Positions 1 through 11,700 of a stretch of 64,000 nt of DNA are shown here, in pieces (positions within the stretch are counted from its first letter, which is position 1; every line of letters begins with the position of its first letter). The position numbers were made by a program, and so were the translations under genes. The notes beneath the pieces are model-generated. The model made no database searches, was not told the DNA's origin, and saw only the letters and a program-made list of their open reading frames with translations. Source of the stretch: Naegleria gruberi (taxonomy: Eukaryota); NCBI GenBank assembly GCA_000004985.1, contig GG738881.1. One strand, given 5' to 3'.

Positions 1-350
1 CCAAACCCAAACCCAAACCCAAACCCAAACCCAAACCCAAACCCAAACCCAAACCCAAACCCAAACCCAAACCCAAACCCAAACCCAAACCCAAACCCAA
101 ACCCAAACCCAAACCCAAACCCAACCCAAACCCAAACCCAAACCCAAACCCAAACCCAAACCCAAACCCAAACCCAAACCCAAACCCAAACCCAAACCCA
201 AACCCAAACCCAAACCCAAACCCAAACCCAAACCCAAACCCAAACCCAAACCCAAACCCAAACCCAAACCCAAACCCAAACCCAAACCCAAACCCAAACC
301 CAAACCCAAACCCAAACCCAAACCCAAACCCAAACCCAAACCCAAACCCA
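1..350. repeat. Telomeric repeat array (CCCAAA)n, about 58 units; C-rich strand shown, so this is a left chromosome end
   Basis: Near-perfect hexamer repeat from position 1 to about 350. There is one variant unit (cccaac) near 121-126. The array ends abruptly at ...cccaaaccca|gaactaaaaa. Confidence 0.9.
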
Positions 351-1042
351 GAACTAAAAATAGAATTTTTCTAAACCCAACGTTCAAACCCTAGCCCAAA
401 ATTATAAACTTATTCAAATATCATTAAATTTTATATCATTCGATTGGAAATGATGAGTAGAACAACGTGGTATATTTAGTTTTTCAATTTATAAAATATT
501 AACTTTGTAAATAGGGTCAGATTAAAATTTCATAAATGAAACCATAGGAAGAATGATAATTTCAAAATCCTTTAATGAGATTATATAGTCTATATCATCA
601 ATAACAACATTCATAATCACTTTCATATCAAATTTCAAAAGTTCAAGTCTGTAGATATAAAAGTATAGAGTGAAAAGGGAAGTTGTGAAGTACAATAGGT
701 CAACTATAACTTTTGAGTTTCTCATCAAAACATATTAAATCCTGACATGAAAATGTTCCATTTGATTAGTAAACATCGAATATCAAATTTATTTTAACTT
801 TCATATTTAAAGATTTCTTCCCTCAATCACACATGGACTACTATGATGAAAAGGATGAAATCTTGAAAAAGGACCACCTATTGAAACTTTACCAAAATGA
901 TTTACATGATCTATAATGATATAGAATTCAATTTCATGTCCTAATAATCAGAAATGGTATCATGGGAAGGTAAATGTTGATATTTTATGGTTGACTTTAG
1001 AGAAAGACAAGTCAGACCAATTCTATCAAATACGTCACTTCA

Positions 1043-1929
1043 ANNNNNNNNNNNNNNNNNNNNNNNNNNNNNNNNNNNNNNNNNNNNNNNNNNNNNNNNN
1101 NNNNNNNNNNNNNNNNNNNNNNNNNNNNNNNNNNNNNNNNNNNNNNNNNNNNNNNNNNNNNNNNNNNNNNNNNNNNNNNNNNNNNNNNNNNNNNNNNNNN
1201 NNNNNNNNNNNNNNNNNNNNNNNNNNNNNNNNNNNNNNNNNNNNNNNNNNNNNNNNNNNNNNNNNNNNNNNNNNNNNNNNNNNNNNNNNNNNNNNNNNNN
1301 NNNNNNNNNNNNNNNNNNNNNNNNNNNNNNNNNNNNNNNNNNNNNNNNNNNNNNNNNNNNNNNNNNNNNNNNNNNNNNNNNNNNNNNNNNNNNNNNNNNN
1401 NNNNNNNNNNNNNNNNNNNNNNNNNNNNNNNNNNNNNNNNNNNNNNNNNNNNNNNNNNNNNNNNNNNNNNNNNNNNNNNNNNNNNNNNNNNNNNNNNNNN
1501 NNNNNNNNNNNNNNNNNNNNNNNNNNNNNNNNNNNNNNNNNNNNNNNNNNNNNNNNNNNNNNNNNNNNNNNNNNNNNNNNNNNNNNNNNNNNNNNNNNNN
1601 NNNNNNNNNNNNNNNNNNNNNNNNNNNNNNNNNNNNNNNNNNNNNNNNNNNNNNNNNNNNNNNNNNNNNNNNNNNNNNNNNNNNNNNNNNNNNNNNNNNN
1701 NNNNNNNNNNNNNNNNNNNNNNNNNNNNNNNNNNNNNNNNNNNNNNNNNNNNNNNNNNNNNNNNNNNNNNNNNNNNNNNNNNNNNNNNNNNNNNNNNNNN
1801 NNNNNNNNNNNNNNNNNNNNNNNNNNNNNNNNNNNNNNNNNNNNNNNNNNNNNNNNNNNNNNNNNNNNNNNNNNNNNNNNNNNNNNNNNNNNNNNNNNNN
1901 NNNNNNNNNNNNNNNNNNNNNNNNNNNNN
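1043..1929. other. Assembly gap (887 N)
   Basis: Continuous run of n. The ORF-track entries spanning it (987..1988 and others, runs of X) are artefacts. Confidence 0.97.
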
Positions 1930-1939
1930 AATTAAATTT

Positions 1940-2600
1940 TACCATCATATCACACTCATTGAATAATGAATTAATTATACAAGCATAATACATTCAATTG
2001 TTATATTCATGTCAGTAATCAGTGAAGGTGACACTTCTTTAACCTTAGTATGCACATCTCAATATGTAGACAGTCAATTCCACTGAAACTTGAAATATTA
2101 CCTATTTAGATGATATAATGATGACTCTACATTGTAACATGAATGTGAAATTGAATGTTGACACTTTTCATATTGTTATATTTATAGAGATGGTATCCAA
2201 CAGAGTCAGTTCACAATATTAAATATTGAAACTCATTCTTTATGACATGTTTGATGTATAGAACTGTTTTTTATTGAATGTAATCAGTTTGAAATAATTT
2301 GATGAAACTGACACTGTCTAGTCACCATTACATGACAAATAGACCATAGTTTACATTCCATCTCAGTCATTTCAACGATTTATTGATTAATTCCACCACC
2401 ATTATGTTTCTCATACATTGTAGTACAGTTTATATTTCAAGAGTGATTTCTGTGTAGATTAGTATAATCGTAATAGCATGCAATACCAATAAAACTCAAT
2501 AGAAGAGTTAATTCTTCTCATTTTCAAATAGATTATTCAATATAGAACACATCTAGATAGTTTCCAGATCATAAAAGTCTAGATACTATATATGGTCTTT
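1940..2600. repeat. Subtelomeric dispersed repeat, copy A (about 660 bp)
   Basis: Shares long blocks with 3560-4150, for example ...attcaattgttatattcatgtcagtaatcagtgaaggtgacacttctt.aaccttagtat.cac.tctcaat..., ...ttatatttatagagatggtatccaacagagtcagttcacaatat.aaatattgaaactcattctttatgacat..., ...accatagtttacattccatctcagtcatttc.acga.ttattgat.a.ttccaccaccattatgtttct.atacac/t.tagtaca.tt... and ...acacatctag..atttccaga..ataaaagtc.agat.c.a.atatgg. Copy A carries an extra insert of about 90 bp. Confidence 0.75.
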
Positions 2601-3559
2601 GATTAAATTTAAAAATAGACTGCCGTTAATTACTGGAATATTAATATTCAAAGCTTGTTGATCAAGCTATTGATTGAAATCAAACCGATTATTGAATATT
2701 GATCATTGAATTGGTGAATAATCACTCTCTTGATAATGCTACAAATTGGATATTGATGCAAATAAACCTGATTCAATCTACAAAGGTTGGTAGTTGCACC
2801 ACTACGTGGCGAAACTACCATTCCACGATGAATCAACAAAGAATCACTTACATTCAACTCAATTTGACCGTTATAATCAATAAATCAATGAAATGTTGTT
2901 TTATTAGCAATACCTATTCAATCTAATGAGTAGATTCACGTCCCAAACATTTGACTTCTCAAAGTCCATAATACAAAAGTTAGTTCTGACCTGACCTTTA
3001 TATATCTATCAATATAAGAAATGAAACCATCAAATTTACATCATTTATAGATGATAAGAATTATAATCAATGATATAAATCTTCACTAAGTAATCTCTTA
3101 AATAACCCAAATAAATCAACTCTGAATCCTAACCAAACCCATATACATCTATACACGTTTTGAAACAATTCATGATACTTTCTTTCAGTCAATCAGTAAA
3201 TATTTAATGTCAATAATGCTTATATCCAAGTGTACACACTGTCTCAATGAAAGTATATCCAACCATCACTTAACTTTACCAGATACATTTAGTCACACTG
3301 ATATACAACTGGTATCAATTTTGGTGTTTTAGAATTGAATTCAATATGATAATAATAACAATCTGTCAAATTCTCATATTTCAACTTGTAGAATATGCTC
3401 CATCTCATTCATTTTACAAAATATCATACAAGTATCAAATATTAATACACTCCTCTTGATGAGGAGAACAATCTGAGAAAGTTTCATATTCATAGCTCAA
3501 TATCTTCATGGGTAGTAAATAGGGAAGTATCTTATTTTCAAAATTAAGTTTTACTATAA

Positions 3560-4150
3560 TTCTACAATTATTGAATAATGAAATACTTATACAAGAATCA
3601 TATATTCAATTATTATATTCATGTCAGTAATCAGTGAAGGTGACACTTCTTCAACCTTAGTATACACGTCTCAATGTGAAGTTGAGTATTGGCACTTTTC
3701 ATCTTGTTATATTTATAGAGATGGTATCCAACAGAGTCAGTTCACAATATCAAATATTGAAACTCATTCTTTATGACATATGTGATGTCTAGAAGTGTTT
3801 TTGATGATATCAATCTAGTTTCAAGCTCTTTGGCGGAGTTGACACTGTTTAGTTACAAATACATGACATTTGGACCATAGTTTACATTCCATCTCAGTCA
3901 TTTCGACGAGTTATTGATCAGTTTCACCACCATTATGTTTCTAATACACTTTAGTACAATTTGTGTTTCATGAATGATTTCTGTGAAAGTTATTATCCAA
4001 ATACCATATATAGTAATATCAATAGTCGTTATATACTCAATTCAAGAGTTAATTTTATTTCTTCTTTTTTTCATATAGATTATTGAATATGGAACACATC
4101 TAGCCTATTTCCAGACTATAAAAGTCCAGATCCCAAATATGGCAAAATGA
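3560..4150. repeat. Subtelomeric dispersed repeat, copy B (about 590 bp)
   Basis: Roughly 85% identical to copy A, same orientation, 1.6 kb downstream. No long ORF in either copy. Confidence 0.75.
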
Positions 4151-4523
4151 ATTCTTGGCGAGAGGGCAAGTTTTTCTGACAAATTCCAAACTTTATTGAT
4201 TATCTCAATAAATATAGGAAGGTACACCTTCCTGTTTTTAACACATGTAGATCAGACTATTATACATCACATTGATAAGTTATAAGATCTGAGCATGTGC
4301 GGATCCCAAACCAGAGAGATAATGACAGATACAATCCCCAAAGATTCCAAATAACTCCGAAATTTTCATTGAATTCAACCCAAGGCATGCCAATAGAATA
4401 TGGGAGAATTGATCAAGAGGATTTTTCAGTAACAAAATGATCACTGTGAAGAATAGTTAGGATTGTGTTGAAATGGAAGTGATGACGCAAACTACACGTG
4501 TTAGTTGGTAGAAACTAAAAAAA

Positions 4524-5645
4524 ATGCAGAAACTCGACATTCATATTCTTCCAGATGAAATAATGGAAGCAATATTGTCCAATCTTCAACTGTATGAAGT
4601 ATTCTTCTGCTTTTCAAGAGTTTCGAAGTATTTTCAACAACTTTCTCATTCAGTCATTCAACATGAATATTACAGCACCATTGTTGACCAATTTAATCAA
4701 AAACCGAGTTCGTTTAATTTCGGAGATTGCATTAAATTCGTCAAATTCAGTTTGAGAAATTCGGTTTATCAATATGCGGTCCTAATTATTCAAAAATACT
4801 TGTCAACCAGAAGTCCAGAATTCAACAATATTCCAGTAATTATGGGAGAAAAAGATTTACAATTTTGGAAACAATCCGAGCAGGATTTTATGTATTTGAA
4901 GGCTTTTTTTGATAATTTTCATGATTTACCAGGTCGTGGTAAGCCTGTTATTGAACCAACTGTTGTAAAAGAAGAAGAAGGATTACTTTCGAATATTTTT
5001 TCCGTATTCGAAACATTATTTGCAATGACAAGTCGAGTAATAGCAAAAAAAACATCTACTTACTCAGATCCTCAACAATCTGTTCACATCATTGGTGAAG
5101 AAGAAAGTGTCTCATCATTTTTCAATTGTGCCTCTTATGATAAAACTCAGAGTTTAACAGTTAGTTTTCCCGATCGTTGTTGGAAGATTGCATATGTTGG
5201 TGATGGGAAATATATGAGGATGTGTTTAACCAAGAATGATTACAATATGGATCAATCATCTTATTTTATCTTGGTGGGAAATCCTTATTCCAGTAATTGT
5301 TTGACAGAATTTGAAATGATGAAGAATGGTATTAAGCAATATTCGAAAGGAGCAGAAGTAATTGTTGTGACTTCAATGAAGGATTTACAAAACGGTCAAC
5401 CAAGATTCATTTCTAATGAACAAGCAAATTGGTTTGCTTATCAACAATTTGGAGGATTGTTCAAGGATATCACAACGACAGAATTGGAAGAACCATATGT
5501 AGTATCTTGTTATTGTTTCTTGATGAGATACTTCCTTGGAAATAAACCCCTTGAACTAGAGAATGAGAATGGATACTATTGGAAAGTGAGGAGTCAGTTT
5601 ATTGTACATGACATTGAGATTGTGGACAGAGTCTTTCGACACTAA
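4524..5645 (+). CDS. F-box-like domain protein (373 aa), single exon
   Basis: ATG at 4524. The N-terminus LPDEIMEAILSNLQLYEVFFCFSRVSKYFQQL fits the F-box pattern (LP.E.L..IL..L....L......VCK.W). TAA stop. Confidence 0.6.
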   Translation: MQKLDIHILPDEIMEAILSNLQLYEVFFCFSRVSKYFQQLSHSVIQHEYYSTIVDQFNQKPSSFNFGDCIKFVKFSLRNSVYQYAVLIIQKYLSTRSPEFNNIPVIMGEKDLQFWKQSEQDFMYLKAFFDNFHDLPGRGKPVIEPTVVKEEEGLLSNIFSVFETLFAMTSRVIAKKTSTYSDPQQSVHIIGEEESVSSFFNCASYDKTQSLTVSFPDRCWKIAYVGDGKYMRMCLTKNDYNMDQSSYFILVGNPYSSNCLTEFEMMKNGIKQYSKGAEVIVVTSMKDLQNGQPRFISNEQANWFAYQQFGGLFKDITTTELEEPYVVSCYCFLMRYFLGNKPLELENENGYYWKVRSQFIVHDIEIVDRVFRH

Positions 5646-5821
5646 TATATTCCTCTCTTACTTTGGAATATTGTTCAATAAAAGTGACTTGGCTCATTAA
5701 GTGAGATTCTTTAAATAAATCATTTCCACATTCACTCAAATCCAAAGCCATCGGAACTTTTTTAATTTTCTATAATTGATAACCAGTGTGCTGAGAGTAA
5801 AATTGGTGGAGGAAATATACT

Positions 5822-7144
5822 TTATTTCTTCATCACTGAAAGAGTTTTCACCAAAAATTCTTTTGTACTCTTTTTCAATTTTTCCAGTTCACTGCCATTT
5901 CTTCTCAAATATTTGAAAAGTTTTCCAACTTCTTGTTTTGCACGCTTTTCTCCATCGTTGTGATATTTTGAATTTAATGTTCTAATTTCTACATGTGGTT
6001 TGATACCCATATTATTATATTCCAACTTGGTGGCTCTTGTCTTGCAAAGTGGACATTGATTTAAGGAACTGAAAGGTTTCATACTCATTTCACACTTGAC
6101 AAAATTATTCGAATCTTCAAATTGGGAATCAAATGGAATATCCCTGGTGAGTTGATAGTCTTCTGCCGTTAGAATATCATCCTCATCAGCTGCAATATCT
6201 GTAGAAGAAGGCAATTTAGCACATTGCTCATAAACACAATTCTCACACAAACAACAATGGTAACATGGAACAAATTGATATACAGGTTGATTTTCTAAAC
6301 ACAAGACACATGTTTCACTCTTCAAGTCAGTTGTAGCTCCATAAGAATTAGAAATATTGACCGTTCTTGATGTCCTTGAAGTTGAACTCTGACAAGTGTT
6401 ATTAAATTTAAAAACATGCAAACTTACCAGTCGTTGCTCAATTTCTTCCAAATCACTCTTTAGTTTGGCTTTATGATTCTTCATTTGTGTCAAATTCATA
6501 TTGGCAATGTTTTCGAGACCTGTAACAACTCTTGACAGTTGAGTGGTTTGAAAAGCTTGGCGAAAGAGCTCTATTGTCTCTATTTCTCTTTGTAATGCCC
6601 TTCTTTCTTCCAATCTTTCAGCTTCTAGCTGTGTTATGTCATAAGTCACAAAGTCCACAATATAAGAAATCAAACCAATGATTGAAGACACCTTATAAAT
6701 CAACCAAATCAGATATTTAACGCCACTAAAACTAACATTCCATGAATAGATATAATACATGATCACCAAACAATCAGGAATTCCCAAAAAGTTATGCAAA
6801 ATCACTTGCCAAAGTGACAAATGATTCCAGTAATAAAATGTCAAATTAGGAAAGACATAATAGAATACCATCTTCATATAAGAGATAGAAGATACCCTCT
6901 GCTCCTCTGGAATGTGAAAATCTTCATTTCCAATCCAATTACTTGTTTTTAAATAAAGAAAAACACAGAACAAGGTTAATGGATTGAAAAGTACAGAGCA
7001 AAATCTGATGACAGTGTTGATATTTTGGCGTTCCTGAGGGTGGTATACAGGAGGGATAAGAAATCTAACGATTGCTTTGTACATTTTTTTTAAATGATAG
7101 TTTTTGTGTTGACACTTTGAAAATTTGACAGAATCATTGATCAT
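5822..7144 (-). CDS. Multi-pass membrane protein with coiled coil and C-terminal C3HC4 RING finger (putative membrane E3 ubiquitin ligase), 440 aa
   Basis: ATG at 7144 (minus). Hydrophobic helices in the N-terminal half. RING motif CVLCLENQPVYQFVPCYHCCLCENC. TAA stop. Confidence 0.6.
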   Translation of the reverse strand: MINDSVKFSKCQHKNYHLKKMYKAIVRFLIPPVYHPQERQNINTVIRFCSVLFNPLTLFCVFLYLKTSNWIGNEDFHIPEEQRVSSISYMKMVFYYVFPNLTFYYWNHLSLWQVILHNFLGIPDCLVIMYYIYSWNVSFSGVKYLIWLIYKVSSIIGLISYIVDFVTYDITQLEAERLEERRALQREIETIELFRQAFQTTQLSRVVTGLENIANMNLTQMKNHKAKLKSDLEEIEQRLVSLHVFKFNNTCQSSTSRTSRTVNISNSYGATTDLKSETCVLCLENQPVYQFVPCYHCCLCENCVYEQCAKLPSSTDIAADEDDILTAEDYQLTRDIPFDSQFEDSNNFVKCEMSMKPFSSLNQCPLCKTRATKLEYNNMGIKPHVEIRTLNSKYHNDGEKRAKQEVGKLFKYLRRNGSELEKLKKSTKEFLVKTLSVMKK

Positions 7145-7991
7145 GTCAAGTTTCGATCATGAGTTTTGATTGGATAATATTTTGATCATGAAACTTGTCA
7201 ATTTTTACAATCTAGTTGGCAGAATCAGTTTCTTCGTGTCTCTCGAATGGTTCGTCCACTACAGAATTAACAACAACTGTGGTGAATTCACTTACCTAGT
7301 CAAGGTGTTATTTCATTCTCTGATTGTTGTTCAACCTTTACTCTAGTTCCTTTCTATTACATATTATTGGATGGCAAGCAATTTCCAAGTATTATGATGA
7401 TTCAAGGACAATACTTTTATTAAAGATATAAAACTTGGATGATGTTCCGATATTGTACATTTGTGTATATTAGTGAGAAACCTCCACCATGAATTGAAGA
7501 AAGTAAGGATGAAGATGTTATATGTTGTGAAAATAAATAGTTACTAGAAGAAAGTTTTTGATTTGGTCAAGTAGTGATGGTACATTATCTTGTACCGATT
7601 CCAATAAAGACAAAAATCCTCCAAAATTCACCCCACACATAGTATTGACCATTCTGAACAATCTCCAATTGCTGGTTTTTGTGATGACCAAGTAGATGTG
7701 CCGATTTTGATGAAAAATCGACTTGGAGCCAAATAATTTTAAAGAGTAAACTTGCAGAATACTAATTTAAATACTATTAGAACAACAAATCAACCTGTTC
7801 TAACAACATTTGAAATTTTTCCCAAGTGATGATGATATTAAATTTCTTGATGATTAAAATTTCCAACAATAAAATTACTATTCTACTATATCCAAAGATC
7901 ATGCACATTGAATCAGCAATGATGAAGTGATTATTTTTTTTGTTAGAGAATACTTTTCTTACCATTTGCATTAGAAAGGAAAGATCCTTTT

Positions 7992-10900
7992 ATGAACAGG
8001 ACAGTTACTCCAGTATTATCTGATCCTTTCGAATATTCTCAAAACAAAACAACAACACACTACCAAAAACAAATAATGTCGTCCAAGATAACATCCACCA
8101 GCAACAACCACTTTTCTTCTCTCAATAGTGATGAAAATGTAAAACACCAACAAGAAGCAATACAACAATCATCATCATCGGCATCGTCATCAACAACATC
8201 ATCTTTTTCAAATAGTAGTGGTAGTGGTGCCGTATTATTGTCATCATTTCAAGAAAAGGCAATCAATGAAATCATGATACGAGCATTCACGAATCGGAAT
8301 GTCATTCTCATTGTTTTTATCATTATATATTGTTGTTCTTTATTGTATACCTTCACTTCTCAGGGAATATTTGGAACATTATTTAATATGTTTCTAATTG
8401 CTGTTCAGATGACATTAAATAGAGGAAATATCAAATCAACAATGGCTATGGATTTTTCAAAAGCAGATAAAGATGAGAAACAAAGACTTGTCTATTCAAT
8501 GATTATTACAACGTTGAGATATTTCATATTTCCGAAAAACAAGATTTTGTTTCTTCCTTCGACGTTTATGTGGTTTGTTGGAGCTAACAAATTGTTTGAT
8601 GAGAATAATGCTTTTTGGGGAATGTTGCCGACCTATTTCTTAACAAGTCTATATGGAGGAGTTGGATTGGTGGCAGCTGTGATGGAATTTGTGAGGAAGG
8701 GATGTAGTGAGACATTTGTGGATTCAGCTTGTGAATGTGCTTCAATGACTTGTTGTATTTGGGTATTCACCTATTACAAGGTTAATGTGACTGGGTATTT
8801 GAGGCAGAAAGTTGCAACTTTGGAAGAAACCAGTAAGAAATTAGAGTCAGCTCTGGAATCAAAAAGTACATTTTTGTCTCACATTTCACATGAATTTAGG
8901 TGTCCATTGCTGTCGTCATTGGGAAGTTTGGAATTATTGAAAGAAACAAATATGAGTGACAAGCAAAATCGACTGGTTGACATGATTATTTCATCCAACA
9001 ATATTTTGCTAATGCTCATTGAGGAAGTGTTACAATTGATGAAAATTGAATTCAATTCAAAGAATGACAAACGAGATGAGTATTTAAAAACATTCAATTT
9101 GGGAGAATGTCTAAAATCCCTTAAAGATGTCATTTCTGGTTATTCGAATCATTTTTCTGTCAAGTNNNNNNNNNNNNNNNNNNNNNNNNNNNNNNNNNNN
9201 NNNNNNNNNNNNNNNTTATAGTTTCGAGGAAATCGTTTTTTAACTTTGAATAAATTCCGAATCCAATCAAGCTTAATAATATCTTCCATAGTATGTTCTG
9301 ATTTGTTCACTAGAGTTTTTAATGAATCAATTGATTTGCATAACTTGAGTTGAGATGAAGACAGGTTGTTTTTCAATAGATTTCTCTCCGAACTTTCCTG
9401 CAATAACCTTTCATACCTTCGTTTGAGACTAAACTTTTGATTTCGAACCGCTTGTAATTCTATTGTCATTAATTAAAATCATATCACAATTTATTACAAA
9501 CCTTTGGTTCTTTTTGCTTTTTCTTGATCGGATTGAGCCTTACGTTTTTTTTCATTTGCCTTCTTTAACAATGCGTACTCTTTACCTTTTTCCATCAAAT
9601 CCCTGTCAATTGTAAAATTGATGAACTCTAAATCATGGTCGGTAAGATAGATTTCTACCATTTCTCTGGCTAAATCAAATCTAGATTTCATATTTGCAGA
9701 TTTTACAACTCCTTTGTATTGCTTGATTCTTGTATTAACATTTGAAATTTTGAAAGGAGCTCCCAATTTAATCACCTTATCGATAACTGGATCGTAAACT
9801 GTGCAAGTATTGACATACTCAAAACGAACTTTGCAATAATGTTCATTTTCTTCAATCCTTTTCAATTTTTCTTTGAAACTAATCTCTTTTGGATCTTCTG
9901 CGCATGTTTCGATAGATGATGATCTTGTTTGAGCTGTACTATTGAGGGGATCTTGAATCAATTCTAATAACTTTCTTGCAACTCTTCTCTTCAAGCCAAT
10001 CAATTCCAAAGACTCCTCATTTTCATCCAACAAATGCTCTGACAATCTTATAACGTTTTCATAAAGAGCCAACTTGATTTTCTCAAGCTCATCATCCTCA
10101 AGAGCCATTGAGCTTTGCAATAGTTCCATCAAATCATCCATTTCTAACATTTTTTTCTTAATTCTTATATAATTTAGAACAGTTACATCCTCTTATATTG
10201 TAGTATTTCTCATAGATAATTTCTCAGTAACATCTCTCCTTAATATAACTATTAGATTTGTAGCTGATTATATCGGAATTATCCATCCATTATCCATTTT
10301 ATCCTGGCTTTGTCTTGATGGGATCCACTTATAGTGGATCCCATCTGACAAAATCCTTTCAATCCAGCGTTGGCTGGATAACACGGATACATATTACCCT
10401 CGTTATTATTATCGTATTGAATTCTATTCTAACAATGTGAAATTGATACAAGATATATAGTAATGTAATTAAATGTATCTGGTAAATTTACATGGTAAAT
10501 TTACATGATGATTGGATGTACTTTCATTGAGATGGAGTGTTCACTAGGATATATAGTGTTGACATTGAACATTCTGATTAATTTTATGAAAGTAGTTTGA
10601 AATGTTTCTAAACTATTNNNNNNNNNNNNNNNNNNNNNNNNNNNNNNNNNNNNNNNNNNNNNNNNNNTCATTACACAATGTGAACGAATCTCATGTTCCA
10701 TCATCAGGATTGGGCTTAACTACTGTCTTACAATTTATTAAACAAATGGATGGAACTATAGATGTGGAATCTGAACTAGAAAAAGGAAGTACATTTATTG
10801 TCACACTACCTTTCAAAATAATGAAAAAGGCGGAATTTTCTGATTGGGATAATAGTGGAGCCAAGATGAATTTTTCAATTCAACAGAGATACCTTTCTCT

Positions 10901-11318
10901 TTTATCAAATGTTCATGAAATGAGTGAAGAATCTGCTGCTACCAATTCTCCAGAAGTTTATTCAAAGATTATTCTGGCAGAAGATAATGCTATCAATAGA
11001 AAAGTCATCCTCAAACTCATTGAAAGTATTACAGGATATACAGCTGATTTTGTCTCAGATGGAAAGGAATTAGTTAAAAATTTTGACATTCGACGCCATA
11101 GGTTGGTGATTACAGATCTTAACATGCCAAACATGGATGGTATTGAGGCAGCCAAAGAGTTGAAGCGTTTGTATGGAAATTCTGTCAAAATTATTATCCT
11201 CACTGGTAATTCAGCTGTCAATGTTGAATCTCTGAAAGGAATTGTTGATGGATTGCTGGAAAAACCATGTTGTAAAGAAGATTTACGGAAATGTATTGAT
11301 CTATACTGTAAGGAATAA
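7992..11318 (+). CDS. Hybrid sensor histidine kinase (multi-TM sensor - HisKA - [gaps] - HATPase_c - REC), disrupted in this assembly
   Basis: ORF 7992..9165 carries 4-5 TM helices, a coiled coil and the H-box LSHISHEFRCPL. ORF 10668..11318 carries the G2 box SGLGLTTV and a complete receiver domain (IILAEDNAINRKV...ITDLNMPNMDG...LEKP). The two halves are separated by 50-N gaps at 9166-9215 and 10618-10667 and by about 1.4 kb of opposite-strand coding sequence. The N and G1 boxes are not present in the sequence shown. Confidence 0.75.
9216..9469 (-). CDS. Hypothetical ORF (partial, runs into the gap at 9166-9215)
   Basis: ATG at 9469, immediately downstream of the stop of 9494..10150. It may be a separate small gene or spurious. 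Confidence 0.25.
9494..10150 (-). CDS. Hypothetical acidic/basic protein (218 aa) lying between the two halves of the histidine kinase on the opposite strand
   Basis: ATG at 10150, TAA at 9494. No domain recognised. Confidence 0.45.
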   Translation of the reverse strand: MLEMDDLMELLQSSMALEDDELEKIKLALYENVIRLSEHLLDENEESLELIGLKRRVARKLLELIQDPLNSTAQTRSSSIETCAEDPKEISFKEKLKRIEENEHYCKVRFEYVNTCTVYDPVIDKVIKLGAPFKISNVNTRIKQYKGVVKSANMKSRFDLAREMVEIYLTDHDLEFINFTIDRDLMEKGKEYALLKKANEKKRKAQSDQEKAKRTKGL

Positions 11319-11700
11319 TCCAAAGTTTCATTCTTTGGGTTAGTTGAATTTCAATATTTTTAATCTGGAAAATGTATCAATCAAATCTAATAAGGTTGGA
11401 TTTTTAATCAAAGAGACTTGCAGTAATTAATTACTTGAAACAGTTGTAACACTGAATCAATAGAAACTTTCATTGTAAAGTATTTTCACACTTATTCTTC
11501 TAAACTCAACTTGCCACTTTCAACATTCTAAAAATACATCATACATCATGGATCACAGGAAGAAATCTTGTCTTCCATCTCAATTAAAAAAAAACGCAAA
11601 GATATCAACGAAACTGTTCTTCTTGTTCGCTTCCTTTGATCTTTTGTTTTTTTCTCGTACAATATAATTACTTTATAATCATCAACAATATTTAGAGAAC

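Noticed and set aside
987-1993. ORF-track entries of 314-333 aa made of X across the N run
   Set aside because: These are artefacts of translating the 887-N assembly gap, as are the X stretches in the ORFs at 9149-9221 and 10602-10667.
7777-7971. 64-aa minus-strand ORF in the RING/HK intergenic region
   Set aside because: It is short and AT-rich with no motif. It is more likely promoter DNA shared by the divergently transcribed RING and HK genes.
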